IMG/VR virus record: IMGVR_UViG_3300046692_000072
Span: 13,722 to 77,721 of that record
Source of the DNA: a virus
Strand: one strand, 5' to 3'
DNA length: 64,000 bases
The notes under the pieces were generated by a model. It did no database searches, was not told the DNA's origin, and saw nothing but the letters and a program-made list of their open reading frames with translations. Made by a program: the position numbers and the translations under genes. Positions 21,258-29,018 of this stretch are shown piece by piece (the stretch's first letter is position 1; every line of letters starts with the position of its first letter).

Positions 21258-21935
21258 TCAGTTCTTTTCTGGGGTGATATCAATGAGCTTAGAGTGGGCA
21301 ATATCCCTAGCTGAAGAACCACCCATAATCATTTCCTTCTGCTTCTTAGCAAGATCAGCAAGAGTGTTCTTCAATTCGTTCATACCAGAGTTATCCTCAG
21401 TCGAGATCTTAACCTCTAGACCCTTGACCTCTGGTCGCTTCAGGTGCGTCATTAATGAGTCAGCAGCTTCCATCCTTACCTTCTCACTCTGAGCATTGAT
21501 CATGAGATCAGCTTGAACGTTGATAGCTTTCTGAAAGATATCTTGATTCAGGACCCAGGTAGGGATTGCCACAAACTCCATGATCTTATTCACGAGTTGG
21601 TTCTTGTGATAAGCAGCGACGTAGGCGCTGATATCCTTCTGAGTGGCACCACGAGCTACAAGATTCGCATATCGCTGTGGGTGAGTCCGTGAGTAGGCTT
21701 CCTGGTTGTTATACCCCATAGCCTTATACGACACATACATAACCGCCGATAAGTAGTCGGCAATCTTATACTTTCCGTCTTTCATGACCGAAGCATACGA
21801 GATCACATTATCTCTAAGCGTGTCTGCGAAATCAGGATCCACACCAATGGCATTGAAGTTGTTGACCATCTGCGTGGTTACAAGCGTCTTCATTGCAGAG
21901 GGCATTGCCTGCTTAAGTTCGTCCTCGGTAATCAA
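21258..21935 (-). CDS. N4 gp69-like protein (probable terminase small subunit)
   Basis: DYLSAVMYVSYK and SEKVRMEAADSLMTHLKRP motifs; upstream of terL. Confidence 0.75.
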   Translation of the reverse strand: MITEDELKQAMPSAMKTLVTTQMVNNFNAIGVDPDFADTLRDNVISYASVMKDGKYKIADYLSAVMYVSYKAMGYNNQEAYSRTHPQRYANLVARGATQKDISAYVAAYHKNQLVNKIMEFVAIPTWVLNQDIFQKAINVQADLMINAQSEKVRMEAADSLMTHLKRPEVKGLEVKISTEDNSGMNELKNTLADLAKKQKEMIMGGSSARDIAHSKLIDITPEKN

Positions 21936-22016
21936 AGTCAGTTCCTTTTTTGGTGTGTAATGTTGGGGGCGGGTGGTTGGTCACCTGTGCGTAATACGCA
22001 ACCCGCCCCTGTATCT

Positions 22017-22586
22017 TCAAATGCGCTTGAGGCGATCCTCAAGGATTTCAACATATTCGTTCATGGCGTTCTTCTGTTGGATGAGCAGTTGCTTGTTCAA
22101 ACCATCGAGAGCCTTGTACTCGTCACTCAGCATGAAGAACGCGAGCTTGTTAGCTTTTTCGTGGAGCTCATGTACTTCTGACTTCAGTCGGTCTTGCCAG
22201 TTCGTTTCTTGGGGTGGGTCGTTCCGTTGGGAATCCGCCCATGCCTGCTTGAGCATGTAACCCATGGGCACCCACATCTTATTGAAGGCACGGTCATAGG
22301 CGATCTTCTTCCCGATCTCCGCATCGAAGTTCTCAGGGTAAGCGCAAGCACTCGTACCAACGAAGGTGAAACCATTCTTCGCAGTGATAGTGCAGATGGT
22401 CAGAAGCTTGAGATGCTGAGCATCATCAACACATTCATCATCTACACCACCTTCATACGTACCTTCGACACCCTGTCGTGCAGAGAAGTAATGCACAGAC
22501 GAGATATTGTCTTGAACTTGCTGAAGAGTGATACGCGGTGCTACCGCCTTGTCCTTCAAGAGTTCTTCTAAAACATTACGGTCCAT
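22017..22586 (-). CDS. Gp49/Sf6-gp66 family domain fused to a crAss001_48-like helical domain
   Basis: LTICTITAKNGFTFVGTSACAYPENFDAEIGKKIA..RAFNKMW..MGY, then WQDRLKSE..EL.EK..KL..F...LL.QQ..AM..Y..IL..RL. Confidence 0.75.
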   Translation of the reverse strand: MDRNVLEELLKDKAVAPRITLQQVQDNISSVHYFSARQGVEGTYEGGVDDECVDDAQHLKLLTICTITAKNGFTFVGTSACAYPENFDAEIGKKIAYDRAFNKMWVPMGYMLKQAWADSQRNDPPQETNWQDRLKSEVHELHEKANKLAFFMLSDEYKALDGLNKQLLIQQKNAMNEYVEILEDRLKRI

Positions 22587-22849
22587 TAAAAATTATCCTC
22601 TGTTATGGACTAGACAAACTACCTTTAGACCAACTATAGGTATTTGACTAGATCTTAGATGAAGACAGGAACCAAGGATCTCATCCTCCCTATCCTTCTT
22701 GGGTTATTGGCATTCCTCCCCCGCTGCTAATGTCCTGTCTTCTTCTAATTTCTTGTCGCCTACCGGTACATCTTCATATATTTATATATGGAAATGGAAG
22801 CGGAGGAGCTATATCCGTTTAAAGGAATATAACTCTAAGAGGTACTCTA

Positions 22850-23164
22850 ATGATCAATCTATTCAGAAAGAAACCAGTAATCATTGAAGCAGTTCAATGG
22901 ACTGGCAAGAATGTCCTTGAGATTCACAGCTTCATCCATGGAGCCCCATCGATCCTGAACAATCCTGCTCGTGAGAAGTGGGATGACTACTCCAAGGATC
23001 AGGAAGACAAACCCTGGCATGTTAAGACACTGGAAGATGGAGCCAATGGTGAGGCTATTCACGTAGCTGAGATCAATGACTGGATCATCAAAGGTGTTAA
23101 GGGAGAGTTCTACCCCTGCAAGCCTGACATTTTCGAAATGACATATGAGGTAATCAATGGGTGA
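22850..23164 (+). CDS. Conserved phage protein (RKKPVIIEAVQW...GEFYPCKPDIF family)
   Basis: Widespread phage motif; GAGG SD. Confidence 0.8.
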   Translation: MINLFRKKPVIIEAVQWTGKNVLEIHSFIHGAPSILNNPAREKWDDYSKDQEDKPWHVKTLEDGANGEAIHVAEINDWIIKGVKGEFYPCKPDIFEMTYEVING

Positions 23165-23170
23165 TAACAC

Positions 23171-23199
23171 TTGACACGATCTGATTAGTCAGACAGGAT
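23171..23199 (+). promoter_or_regulatory. Host sigma70-type promoter for the tRNA/ncRNA island
   Basis: TTGACA-17 nt-CAGGAT immediately upstream of the RNA cluster. Confidence 0.55.
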
Positions 23200-23258
23200 T
23201 AAGCCATTCAATGTGGTGTCCTTCTTTAATTGAACCAGTAGGGAAACTTACTGGTTCT

Positions 23259-23392
23259 TCTTTGTGAGCGATGCGTAAAACGGAGCAATGATAGAGCGGG
23301 AAGATGACTGTCCAGAGTTTACTGGTGTGTACCGCCTTAGCAGTCCGAGTCATAGCCTCTGGTAGGTGGTTAGTATCCACCCCTCACAAAGA
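23259..23392 (+). ncRNA. Candidate tRNA-like structured RNA (no CCA)
   Basis: Terminal stem TCTTTGTGAG/CTCACAAAGA; T-arm-like GGTGG-TTAGTAT-CCACC next to the 3' strand; inner ATGACT/AGTCAT. Confidence 0.45.
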
Positions 23393-23460
23393 CATACTGT
23401 CGCTCAGTCGCGGGGCAGGGAAGATGAGCTGATATCTTGCGTATCAGTTACTGGGACTCA

Positions 23461-23537
<77 letters not shown>

Positions 23538-23642
23538 TCTTATCTAATAAACCAGGGATCTGATAATTGCCCTGGTCCTATGGTGCATGGTACCCTGACG
23601 GCACCCTACCGGAAACGGCTTGCGGTTAATGGGTTCAAGTGT

Positions 23643-23718
23643 TGGGGAGTAGCTCAGTTGGTAGAGTGGGAGACTGTTAATCTCCTCGTCGTTGGTTCGA
23701 GTCCAACCTCCCCAGCCA
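23643..23718 (+). tRNA. tRNA-Asn(GTT)
   Basis: TGGGGAG/CTCCCCA, GGAGA-CTGTTAA-TCTCC, GTTCGAGT, CCA. Confidence 0.96.
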
Positions 23719-23738
23719 ATCATTTACAGGATGTTGAC

Positions 23739-23945
23739 ATGACAGACGATCAGATCCATCACATGGTCAATCGCTTCCTTCAATGGCGATTGCCTCATAC
23801 GTTCAACCCCGATGGAGGCATCAGCTTCAAGCGGGAGTTCAATGAACACACTGCCCACCCTATGGTGCATGAACCCTTAGGTACTAACCTGCTGGATGCA
23901 ACACAGGCTGAAGAGATGATTCGATTCATCACTGAAGATCTTTAA
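23739..23945 (+). CDS. Hypothetical phage protein (MTDDQIHHMVNRFLQWRLP…)
   Basis: ATG at 23739 after AGGA; 68 aa; the longer ORF-track version wrongly extends through tRNA-Asn. Confidence 0.7.
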   Translation: MTDDQIHHMVNRFLQWRLPHTFNPDGGISFKREFNEHTAHPMVHEPLGTNLLDATQAEEMIRFITEDL

Positions 23946-24129
23946 GACTCAGGCTAGCGGAACGGGACTAATCATTTATGGTTACCCTCAGAGCCAATCA
24001 CGGATAACACCGCCATAGTCCGTGGGGTTTGCTTTCCTACCTAAGAAGTGTCGATGACTGCCGACAAAAGGAAAGCACAGTCTGGAACCAAAGGGAGTGA
24101 GACCAATCTATCTCCTGCCTTTGCTTTCA

Positions 24130-24203
24130 TGGGGAATAGCCAAGCGGTACGGCAGGAGTTTTTGGTACTCCCACCCCTGGTTCGAATCCAGGTTCCCCAA
24201 CCA
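24130..24203 (+). tRNA. tRNA-Gln(TTG)
   Basis: TGGGGAA/TTCCCCA, GGAGT-TTTTGGT-ACTCC, GTTCGAAT, CCA. Confidence 0.95.
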
Positions 24204-24226
24204 GTTTGCAGATCCCGCAAGGGATA

Positions 24227-24340
24227 GGACGTGTAGCCCAAGCACAACGCAAGAGGCAGGGACCATGTGCCCGTCAGTGTGAGTAGGGGAAGGGGAGATA
24301 CCCGGGTATCAGATCCAACCGAGTCTCACCATGTCCACCA
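24227..24340 (+). ncRNA. tRNA-derived RNA with intact acceptor stem and CCA, degenerate anticodon arm and ~35-nt insertion in the T-loop
   Basis: GGACGTG/CATGTCC-A-CCA; TAGCCCAA…AGGCA D-arm; CAGT-GTGAG-T[insert]CGAGT-CTCAC. Confidence 0.7.
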
Positions 24341-24654
24341 ATTAAAGTTTCTCCATAGTATTCTCACGAGTCTGTGGATAGAGAGCAAGGTCCATAATCT
24401 CCACCCTTGCAAACCTAGGAAAGATGGAATAGCCTAGGTGTATTAATTCTAATTGAACCAACTGCGAGGGGAGTTATGCCTTTCGCCCCGACAGAGTGGT
24501 TGGTTCTTTCTTGGGTCCAGCGGGTATGAGCTTCGCTCCGGTTTTATTTATGAGTGTCCTTCCTTTGCCACCTCATAAGGTTTTCCCGTCGCCTCTCCGC
24601 CCCACGCAATCAGATAGCTAGTGCTGGAAAAGCTTCTGATGATCTTCACGAACC

Positions 24655-24768
24655 AAAAAGAACTGTAGGTAATCCTCTGAGAAGCTGTGTTAATGGGTGG
24701 CGTCCCCAACAGCTACTGACGCTGAGGAATTAGAGTGGGTCAGTTCCACTTGCCTTACAGTTCTTTTT
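24655..24768 (+). ncRNA. Candidate structured RNA
   Basis: AAAAAGAACTGTA-GGTAA pairs with TTGCC-T-TACAGTTCTTTTT; inner TCCTC/GAGGA, AGCTGT/ACAGCT, AGTGG-7nt-CCACT. Confidence 0.45.
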
Positions 24769-24815
24769 CGGGCTAATACGCCTTTGCAAATCCCAAAAAC
24801 CTATAGGAAAATTTT

Positions 24816-25007
24816 ATGATCAAGAAGAACATCTTTCTCGCAGCAGCAGGTCTCTTTGTTGTTGCAGGTCTTGCATCGTGTGGTACGGTTGCCGTATCGT
24901 CTGAGCGTCCGCGTAGCGTGACCAACGACCACGAGCAGAACCAGATCAATGAACGCATCGAGAAGAACAAGGCAGAGCGTGCTGAGCGTGCTGCCAAGGG
25001 CTTCTAA
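24816..25007 (+). CDS. Small lipoprotein
   Basis: MIKK + hydrophobic stretch + LASC lipobox; AGGA SD. Confidence 0.75.
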   Translation: MIKKNIFLAAAGLFVVAGLASCGTVAVSSERPRSVTNDHEQNQINERIEKNKAERAERAAKGF

Positions 25008-25183
25008 CTAATTCGGTAGGATTGTCTTTAACTAGGCATCTGCACCCCTACCGGGTACTGGCAATATGGGGGATCTTTTGTTTCGTTCGGTGATTCGCAC
25101 TTACCCAATGTAAACCAGATCCCCCTGAGTCCCTTCCTATTAGACAGCTTCATCCCAAATAGATGAGGCGCTTTAATTGGAAT

Positions 25184-25331
25184 AGATGTGATTATCGAGA
25201 GGCAGGATACGCTTGTGTATTGTATTGGTAGGTTCGAAACTATTAATGCATGTGCAAGTACCTTATCTTCACTAGGGTCTAGAACCTAGGCAGGTAGGGC
25301 TAAGCAAACCTGTCTCGCTGTAATCACATCT
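25184..25331 (+). ncRNA. Candidate multibranch structured RNA
   Basis: AGATGTGATTA/TAATCACATCT, CGAGA..CAGG/CCTGTCTCG, long G-U-rich hairpin capped by GTTCGAAA. Confidence 0.5.
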
Positions 25332-25488
25332 TAATGTAATCCTACGATGCATCTCTCTGGTATGAGATCTACGTCATAGACCTAGATCAAACGATGACAG
25401 GTCAGTTCGGGGATTTGGCTGGGTACACTTACATGCCCCGGAGCATCCCGTATAGGCACAGCGCCCATCTGTATAACTGGGTATCTAT

Positions 25489-25627
25489 GACAGGATCCTA
25501 ACAGCTAGTAGTACTGAATGCTGGAAGACGGGTTCATGGAGCCAAGGGGGATAATGCACAGGGGACTTGCAATAACCTGTGGGGATAATACCCTTGGTGG
25601 AGGTTCGATTCCTCCTCCTGTCGCTCA
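25489..25627 (+). ncRNA. tRNA-like RNA with canonical T-arm and extended central arm
   Basis: GGAGG-TTCGATT-CCTCC followed by TCCTGTC, complementary to GACAGGA at 25489; CCAAGGG/CCCTTGG and CACAGG/CCTGTG stems. Confidence 0.55.
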
Positions 25628-26023
25628 CCTAATTGCATACGAATACGACTTGTGCCGTGCTACAGCCCTCAGGGTGATTGTAGATTTAGAAACCCCATCC
25701 ACCCACTTGGCTCTGTATAGTGTAAAAGCCCATGGCGACAGGTGGTCGAGCAGTAACGTAGGATTCATCCTGCCTTACACCTTGGAGCACACCGAGGTAA
25801 GCTTATGGGTCAGATCGGGATGGTCCAGTGTACAGCCCGCTGCCACCTTCCCCTTAAGCAGGAACAGGCTTGAAGCTGTTTCGGGTTCAACTGATTGTCG
25901 AACGAATCAGTAAGGGAGGGTAGTCCACTTCCTTCTCAAGAAGGTTGCTGTAACCGCAGGATAGGGGGAGATCTAGCGTACCGGTCGCGAAGCTCCCCCG
26001 ATACTAATCAAATGGAACCAAGG

Positions 26024-26299
26024 ATGAGAAACCCCTTTGTGAACGTACAGCCCGATCCGAGAGACATAGTTCATGTCAAGAATGTGGTGAAAGAGAACGC
26101 CAAGTTCGGTCTTGCAGGTGCAACACGTTTAGATGAGAACGACTTCAGAACTCTGGATCGATACATAGAGTTCCTAGAGGAACAGCTTGCTAGCGTCATC
26201 CCTGAGTTCCAAGGCATTCCCACAGAATACTTCAACATGGTTAAAAGAGAGAAGATGGAATGGCGACCTCTGGGACCAACACCTCTGTATCTCTACTGA
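26024..26299 (+). CDS. Hypothetical protein (first of the small-ORF array)
   Basis: ATG at 26024 (or 26012); TGA overlaps the next ATG. Confidence 0.65.
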   Translation: MRNPFVNVQPDPRDIVHVKNVVKENAKFGLAGATRLDENDFRTLDRYIEFLEEQLASVIPEFQGIPTEYFNMVKREKMEWRPLGPTPLYLY

Positions 26300-26538
26300 T
26301 GGATGGTGAGCTAACGCATACCAGAGTAAAGGCTTTGCTAGATAAACTAAGGGCAAAGGCAAACACCAATCCTAACGGTATGACTACCGTAACCAGGGAA
26401 GAGCTCTGGTCTATTACTCTTTCTCTGGAACTCAAGGATCAGGAACTCAATCATCTAACCGAGAACATGTCTCATGTTCTCTTGGAGAACTATGTTGAGA
26501 GAGGTGATCTCTTCACTGAATCAGAAGGCGAAGCATAA
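26299..26538 (+). CDS. Small helical hypothetical protein (array member)
   Basis: Coupled start TGATG at 26297-26301. Confidence 0.65.
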   Translation: MDGELTHTRVKALLDKLRAKANTNPNGMTTVTREELWSITLSLELKDQELNHLTENMSHVLLENYVERGDLFTESEGEA

Positions 26539-26540
26539 CT

Positions 26541-26807
26541 ATGGTTACGAAGCTAGATCGAACAGGTGAGTTCATTGAGCTCTTCATGAATGCTTATCCC
26601 GAAGAGAGCTTAGATGGTCTGGATGCACGAGTTCTTAGCAGTATGCTAAGAGGTATCGAGGAGAGTGCTAGGTGGAGAAAGCCTAGACACATTATTGATC
26701 AGCAAGACTTCCTTCCTTTGCTTAGATCTATCCGTAACATCATCGGTGAGAACAACAAGCTCTCCAATGAACTGGTTCAGTTAAGCAATCTCCTAGACAG
26801 GCAGTGA
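26541..26807 (+). CDS. Small helical hypothetical protein (array member)
   Basis: Tightly packed ORF, C-terminal coiled coil. Confidence 0.7.
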   Translation: MVTKLDRTGEFIELFMNAYPEESLDGLDARVLSSMLRGIEESARWRKPRHIIDQQDFLPLLRSIRNIIGENNKLSNELVQLSNLLDRQ

Positions 26808-26808
26808 C

Positions 26809-27015
26809 ATGGCAGAGCTAACAGACAGAGAGCTTCGTCAGATAAAATTATGCACTCAATTGAGTGCTGCTTTTAATGCTAAGACCTTCTTTAGTTTGAG
26901 AAGAGATGAGATCATCCAAGTTCTGGAAGATATCCGAGGCATAGCTAGAGAACGTAACCAGCTTGAGGATGAAGTACTCGCCCTATCCCTCCTGGTTCTA
27001 GGAGAACCTAAGTGA
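26809..27015 (+). CDS. Small helical hypothetical protein (array member)
   Basis: Tightly packed ORF, C-terminal coiled coil. Confidence 0.7.
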   Translation: MAELTDRELRQIKLCTQLSAAFNAKTFFSLRRDEIIQVLEDIRGIARERNQLEDEVLALSLLVLGEPK

Positions 27016-27239
27016 ACGAAGCTCCTTACATTCCGATTCGTTTGTTGTGGGAAGCGACCAATGGTAACTACCCATCAAAGGTCTGGGTGCAATCTGTCGA
27101 GGCACGTATCGAGAATTACAAGAAGTACATTGAGACAGGAGCTACCTCCATCGCTGTAGTGCCCTTGGATCTTTACCACATCATTGAATACGTCTCCTGC
27201 TTACAAGATGAGATCAGCAGACTGAACCAGGAGAAGTAA
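27012..27239 (+). CDS. Small helical hypothetical protein (array member)
   Basis: GTGA overlap, AGGAG SD; ends DEISRLNQEK. Confidence 0.7.
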   Translation: MNEAPYIPIRLLWEATNGNYPSKVWVQSVEARIENYKKYIETGATSIAVVPLDLYHIIEYVSCLQDEISRLNQEK

Positions 27240-27240
27240 G

Positions 27241-27423
27241 ATGGCAACCTACACAGAACGTGACAGACTGGTCATCGCTAGGCTATGCCAGATCCGGGTT
27301 CTTATGCATGAGAACAAACTCATTGCTGAGGACGAAGCTATCAAGAACATAATCGGTAGATGGATCAAGGAGATAGACACAGCTCTTACCATGATCAATG
27401 AAGATGATGGAAGGGATGTATGA
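27241..27423 (+). CDS. Small helical hypothetical protein
   Basis: AGGAG SD; tightly packed. Confidence 0.65.
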   Translation: MATYTERDRLVIARLCQIRVLMHENKLIAEDEAIKNIIGRWIKEIDTALTMINEDDGRDV

Positions 27424-27632
27424 AGGAACCCAGTGAACTAGACATCACCCTGCTCAGGGATCTTTGCGATAAGTTCTTCTATCACGATATGGACAGTGGA
27501 GCTGTCAGAGTAAACCTCTCAGTAGCACATATGCAGCAACGCAAGGATTCCCTTCGTAGGTTCCTAGATCACTACGAACATATGTCTGAAGAGATCTCTC
27601 GTTTGCTTCTGGAGAAACATCGTGTCGATTAA
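27420..27632 (+). CDS. Small helical hypothetical protein (array member)
   Basis: ATGA overlap; ends EEISRLLLEKHRVD. Confidence 0.7.
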   Translation: MKEPSELDITLLRDLCDKFFYHDMDSGAVRVNLSVAHMQQRKDSLRRFLDHYEHMSEEISRLLLEKHRVD

Positions 27633-27819
27633 CGAGGTCCAACTCAAGAGACTACTGGAGGGGCTAAGCATCCAAGCTACTATGTCTCAGGAGAACTACG
27701 TTCGAGTATCCACTGACGTAATAGAGAACCTTGTTAGTACAGTAGTTGAGTATCAACGTCTCAACAGAGAGATGGAGAAGGAACTAACCAGACTCGTATT
27801 GGAGAAGAACAATGGCTAA
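27622..27819 (+). CDS. Small helical hypothetical protein (array member)
   Basis: GGAG SD; ends EKELTRLVLEKNNG. Confidence 0.7.
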   Translation: MSINEVQLKRLLEGLSIQATMSQENYVRVSTDVIENLVSTVVEYQRLNREMEKELTRLVLEKNNG

Positions 27820-28000
27820 GCTCTATGACGATGAAGGTCAGATGTATGTAGGTCATAAGATCTACAAGCTGAACCTTTCACGTAACCACATTGATAGTGT
27901 GTACCCACACTGCTCACTCAAGGTAAGGAACCTACTGGAGCAAGCAGTGGATCTTCTTCTTCGTGCAGAAGCTCTTATGGAAACAGGAGAAGATAGATAA
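27812..28000 (+). CDS. Hypothetical protein
   Basis: GGAG SD, overlapping start. Confidence 0.65.
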   Translation: MAKLYDDEGQMYVGHKIYKLNLSRNHIDSVYPHCSLKVRNLLEQAVDLLLRAEALMETGEDR

Positions 28001-28495
28001 GGAACCAATGTAATGAAGTTCATTCGTAAGATAGACCAGGGATTTGGTCATGGATGGGACTTCTACATTGGTCATTACCATGTATGCTATCTAGTATATG
28101 AAGACCATTGGTACTTCCAGATAGTCAAGATCTGACACAATTCAAACACATTTCCTTATAGTCAATTTTCCCCGCTATATATTTAGAAAGAAGTGTTTCA
28201 TGAAAGCTCATGATATCCAAGCACGTTGTAGCAAATGCGATAAACGAGTTACAGCAGTCATGTCTTATGAACAAGAAGACTACGACAAGGGTTACAGGAA
28301 CCACTTCAAGATAACCTGTAAGGAATGCAATCATCATTGGTATGAATCACATGATTAGCATTCGCTTATATAGATAGCTTCTGCGCTATATTTTGCAGTA
28401 TGGAAATCATCATAGTTACCTACTAATACAGGACACTATTGGGGCTTTGCCCCCTACACTCCAGACACCCCCCCCCATACTACCACTATGGGTAT

Positions 28496-28516
28496 GGTCC
28501 TTACGGACCTTATAGG
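28496..28516 (+). promoter_or_regulatory. Putative vRNAP hairpin promoter (upstream of gp1)
   Basis: GGTCC-TTAC-GGACC-TTATAGG; same design recurs upstream of gp2. Confidence 0.65.
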
Positions 28517-28527
28517 TATGTCTAACT

Positions 28528-28863
28528 ATGGAGATAATGATGACAACCATCACCACTACTGTATCCAACCTGCTTGGTACTGTGGACACCACGGCTAACG
28601 CTGTGACCTCACTGGTCACTGCACTGGGACGTGGATCTAACATGCTGGATATGTATGTATCTGACATGCAGTTCAAGCAACATGCTGATCAGGTTGCAAT
28701 GCGAGATGAATACTCAAGCATAGCTGTCATGAAGGCATCACTAAAGATCACCGAAATGGAATCGGAGATCCAAACTAAAATCAACCAGTCGCCAGACTTC
28801 GCAGCCAAATACGCAGAAGTCTATGCACGCATCCATGCAAAGATGAACAAGGTCGGGTCCTAA
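28528..28863 (+). CDS. First early protein (N4 gp1-like)
   Basis: First gene after the hairpin promoter; Thr-rich amphipathic N-terminus; the real start may be the Met at 28537/28540. Confidence 0.6.
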   Translation: MEIMMTTITTTVSNLLGTVDTTANAVTSLVTALGRGSNMLDMYVSDMQFKQHADQVAMRDEYSSIAVMKASLKITEMESEIQTKINQSPDFAAKYAEVYARIHAKMNKVGS

Positions 28864-29018
28864 CGGACCCGAACTAACGGCTTGATAGACCAACTACTAG
28901 TCTAGCAGATAGATAGACCAAGGCTTCACCTGCTCACTACCAAGTAGTGGATAGGTGGGGCTCTGTGTGTCTATGCGTAGGCATCTACTAATAACCATTG
29001 AACCAAGGGGACAATACC

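Noticed and set aside
24575-24655. HDV/theta-ribozyme-like TTCCCGTCGC and hammerhead-like CTGATGA
   Set aside because: Could not build P1/P2 for HDV, and there is no correctly placed GAAA core for a hammerhead
25489-25745. tmRNA or tRNA-Cys(GCA) call
   Set aside because: No G3-U70 Ala identity, no CCA and no tag ORF seen; the TTGCAA loop is 13 nt, not a 7-nt anticodon loop
25518-25913. 131-aa ORF in the RNA island
   Set aside because: No SD, atypical composition, and it overlaps a canonical T-arm and stems; translation is not formally excluded
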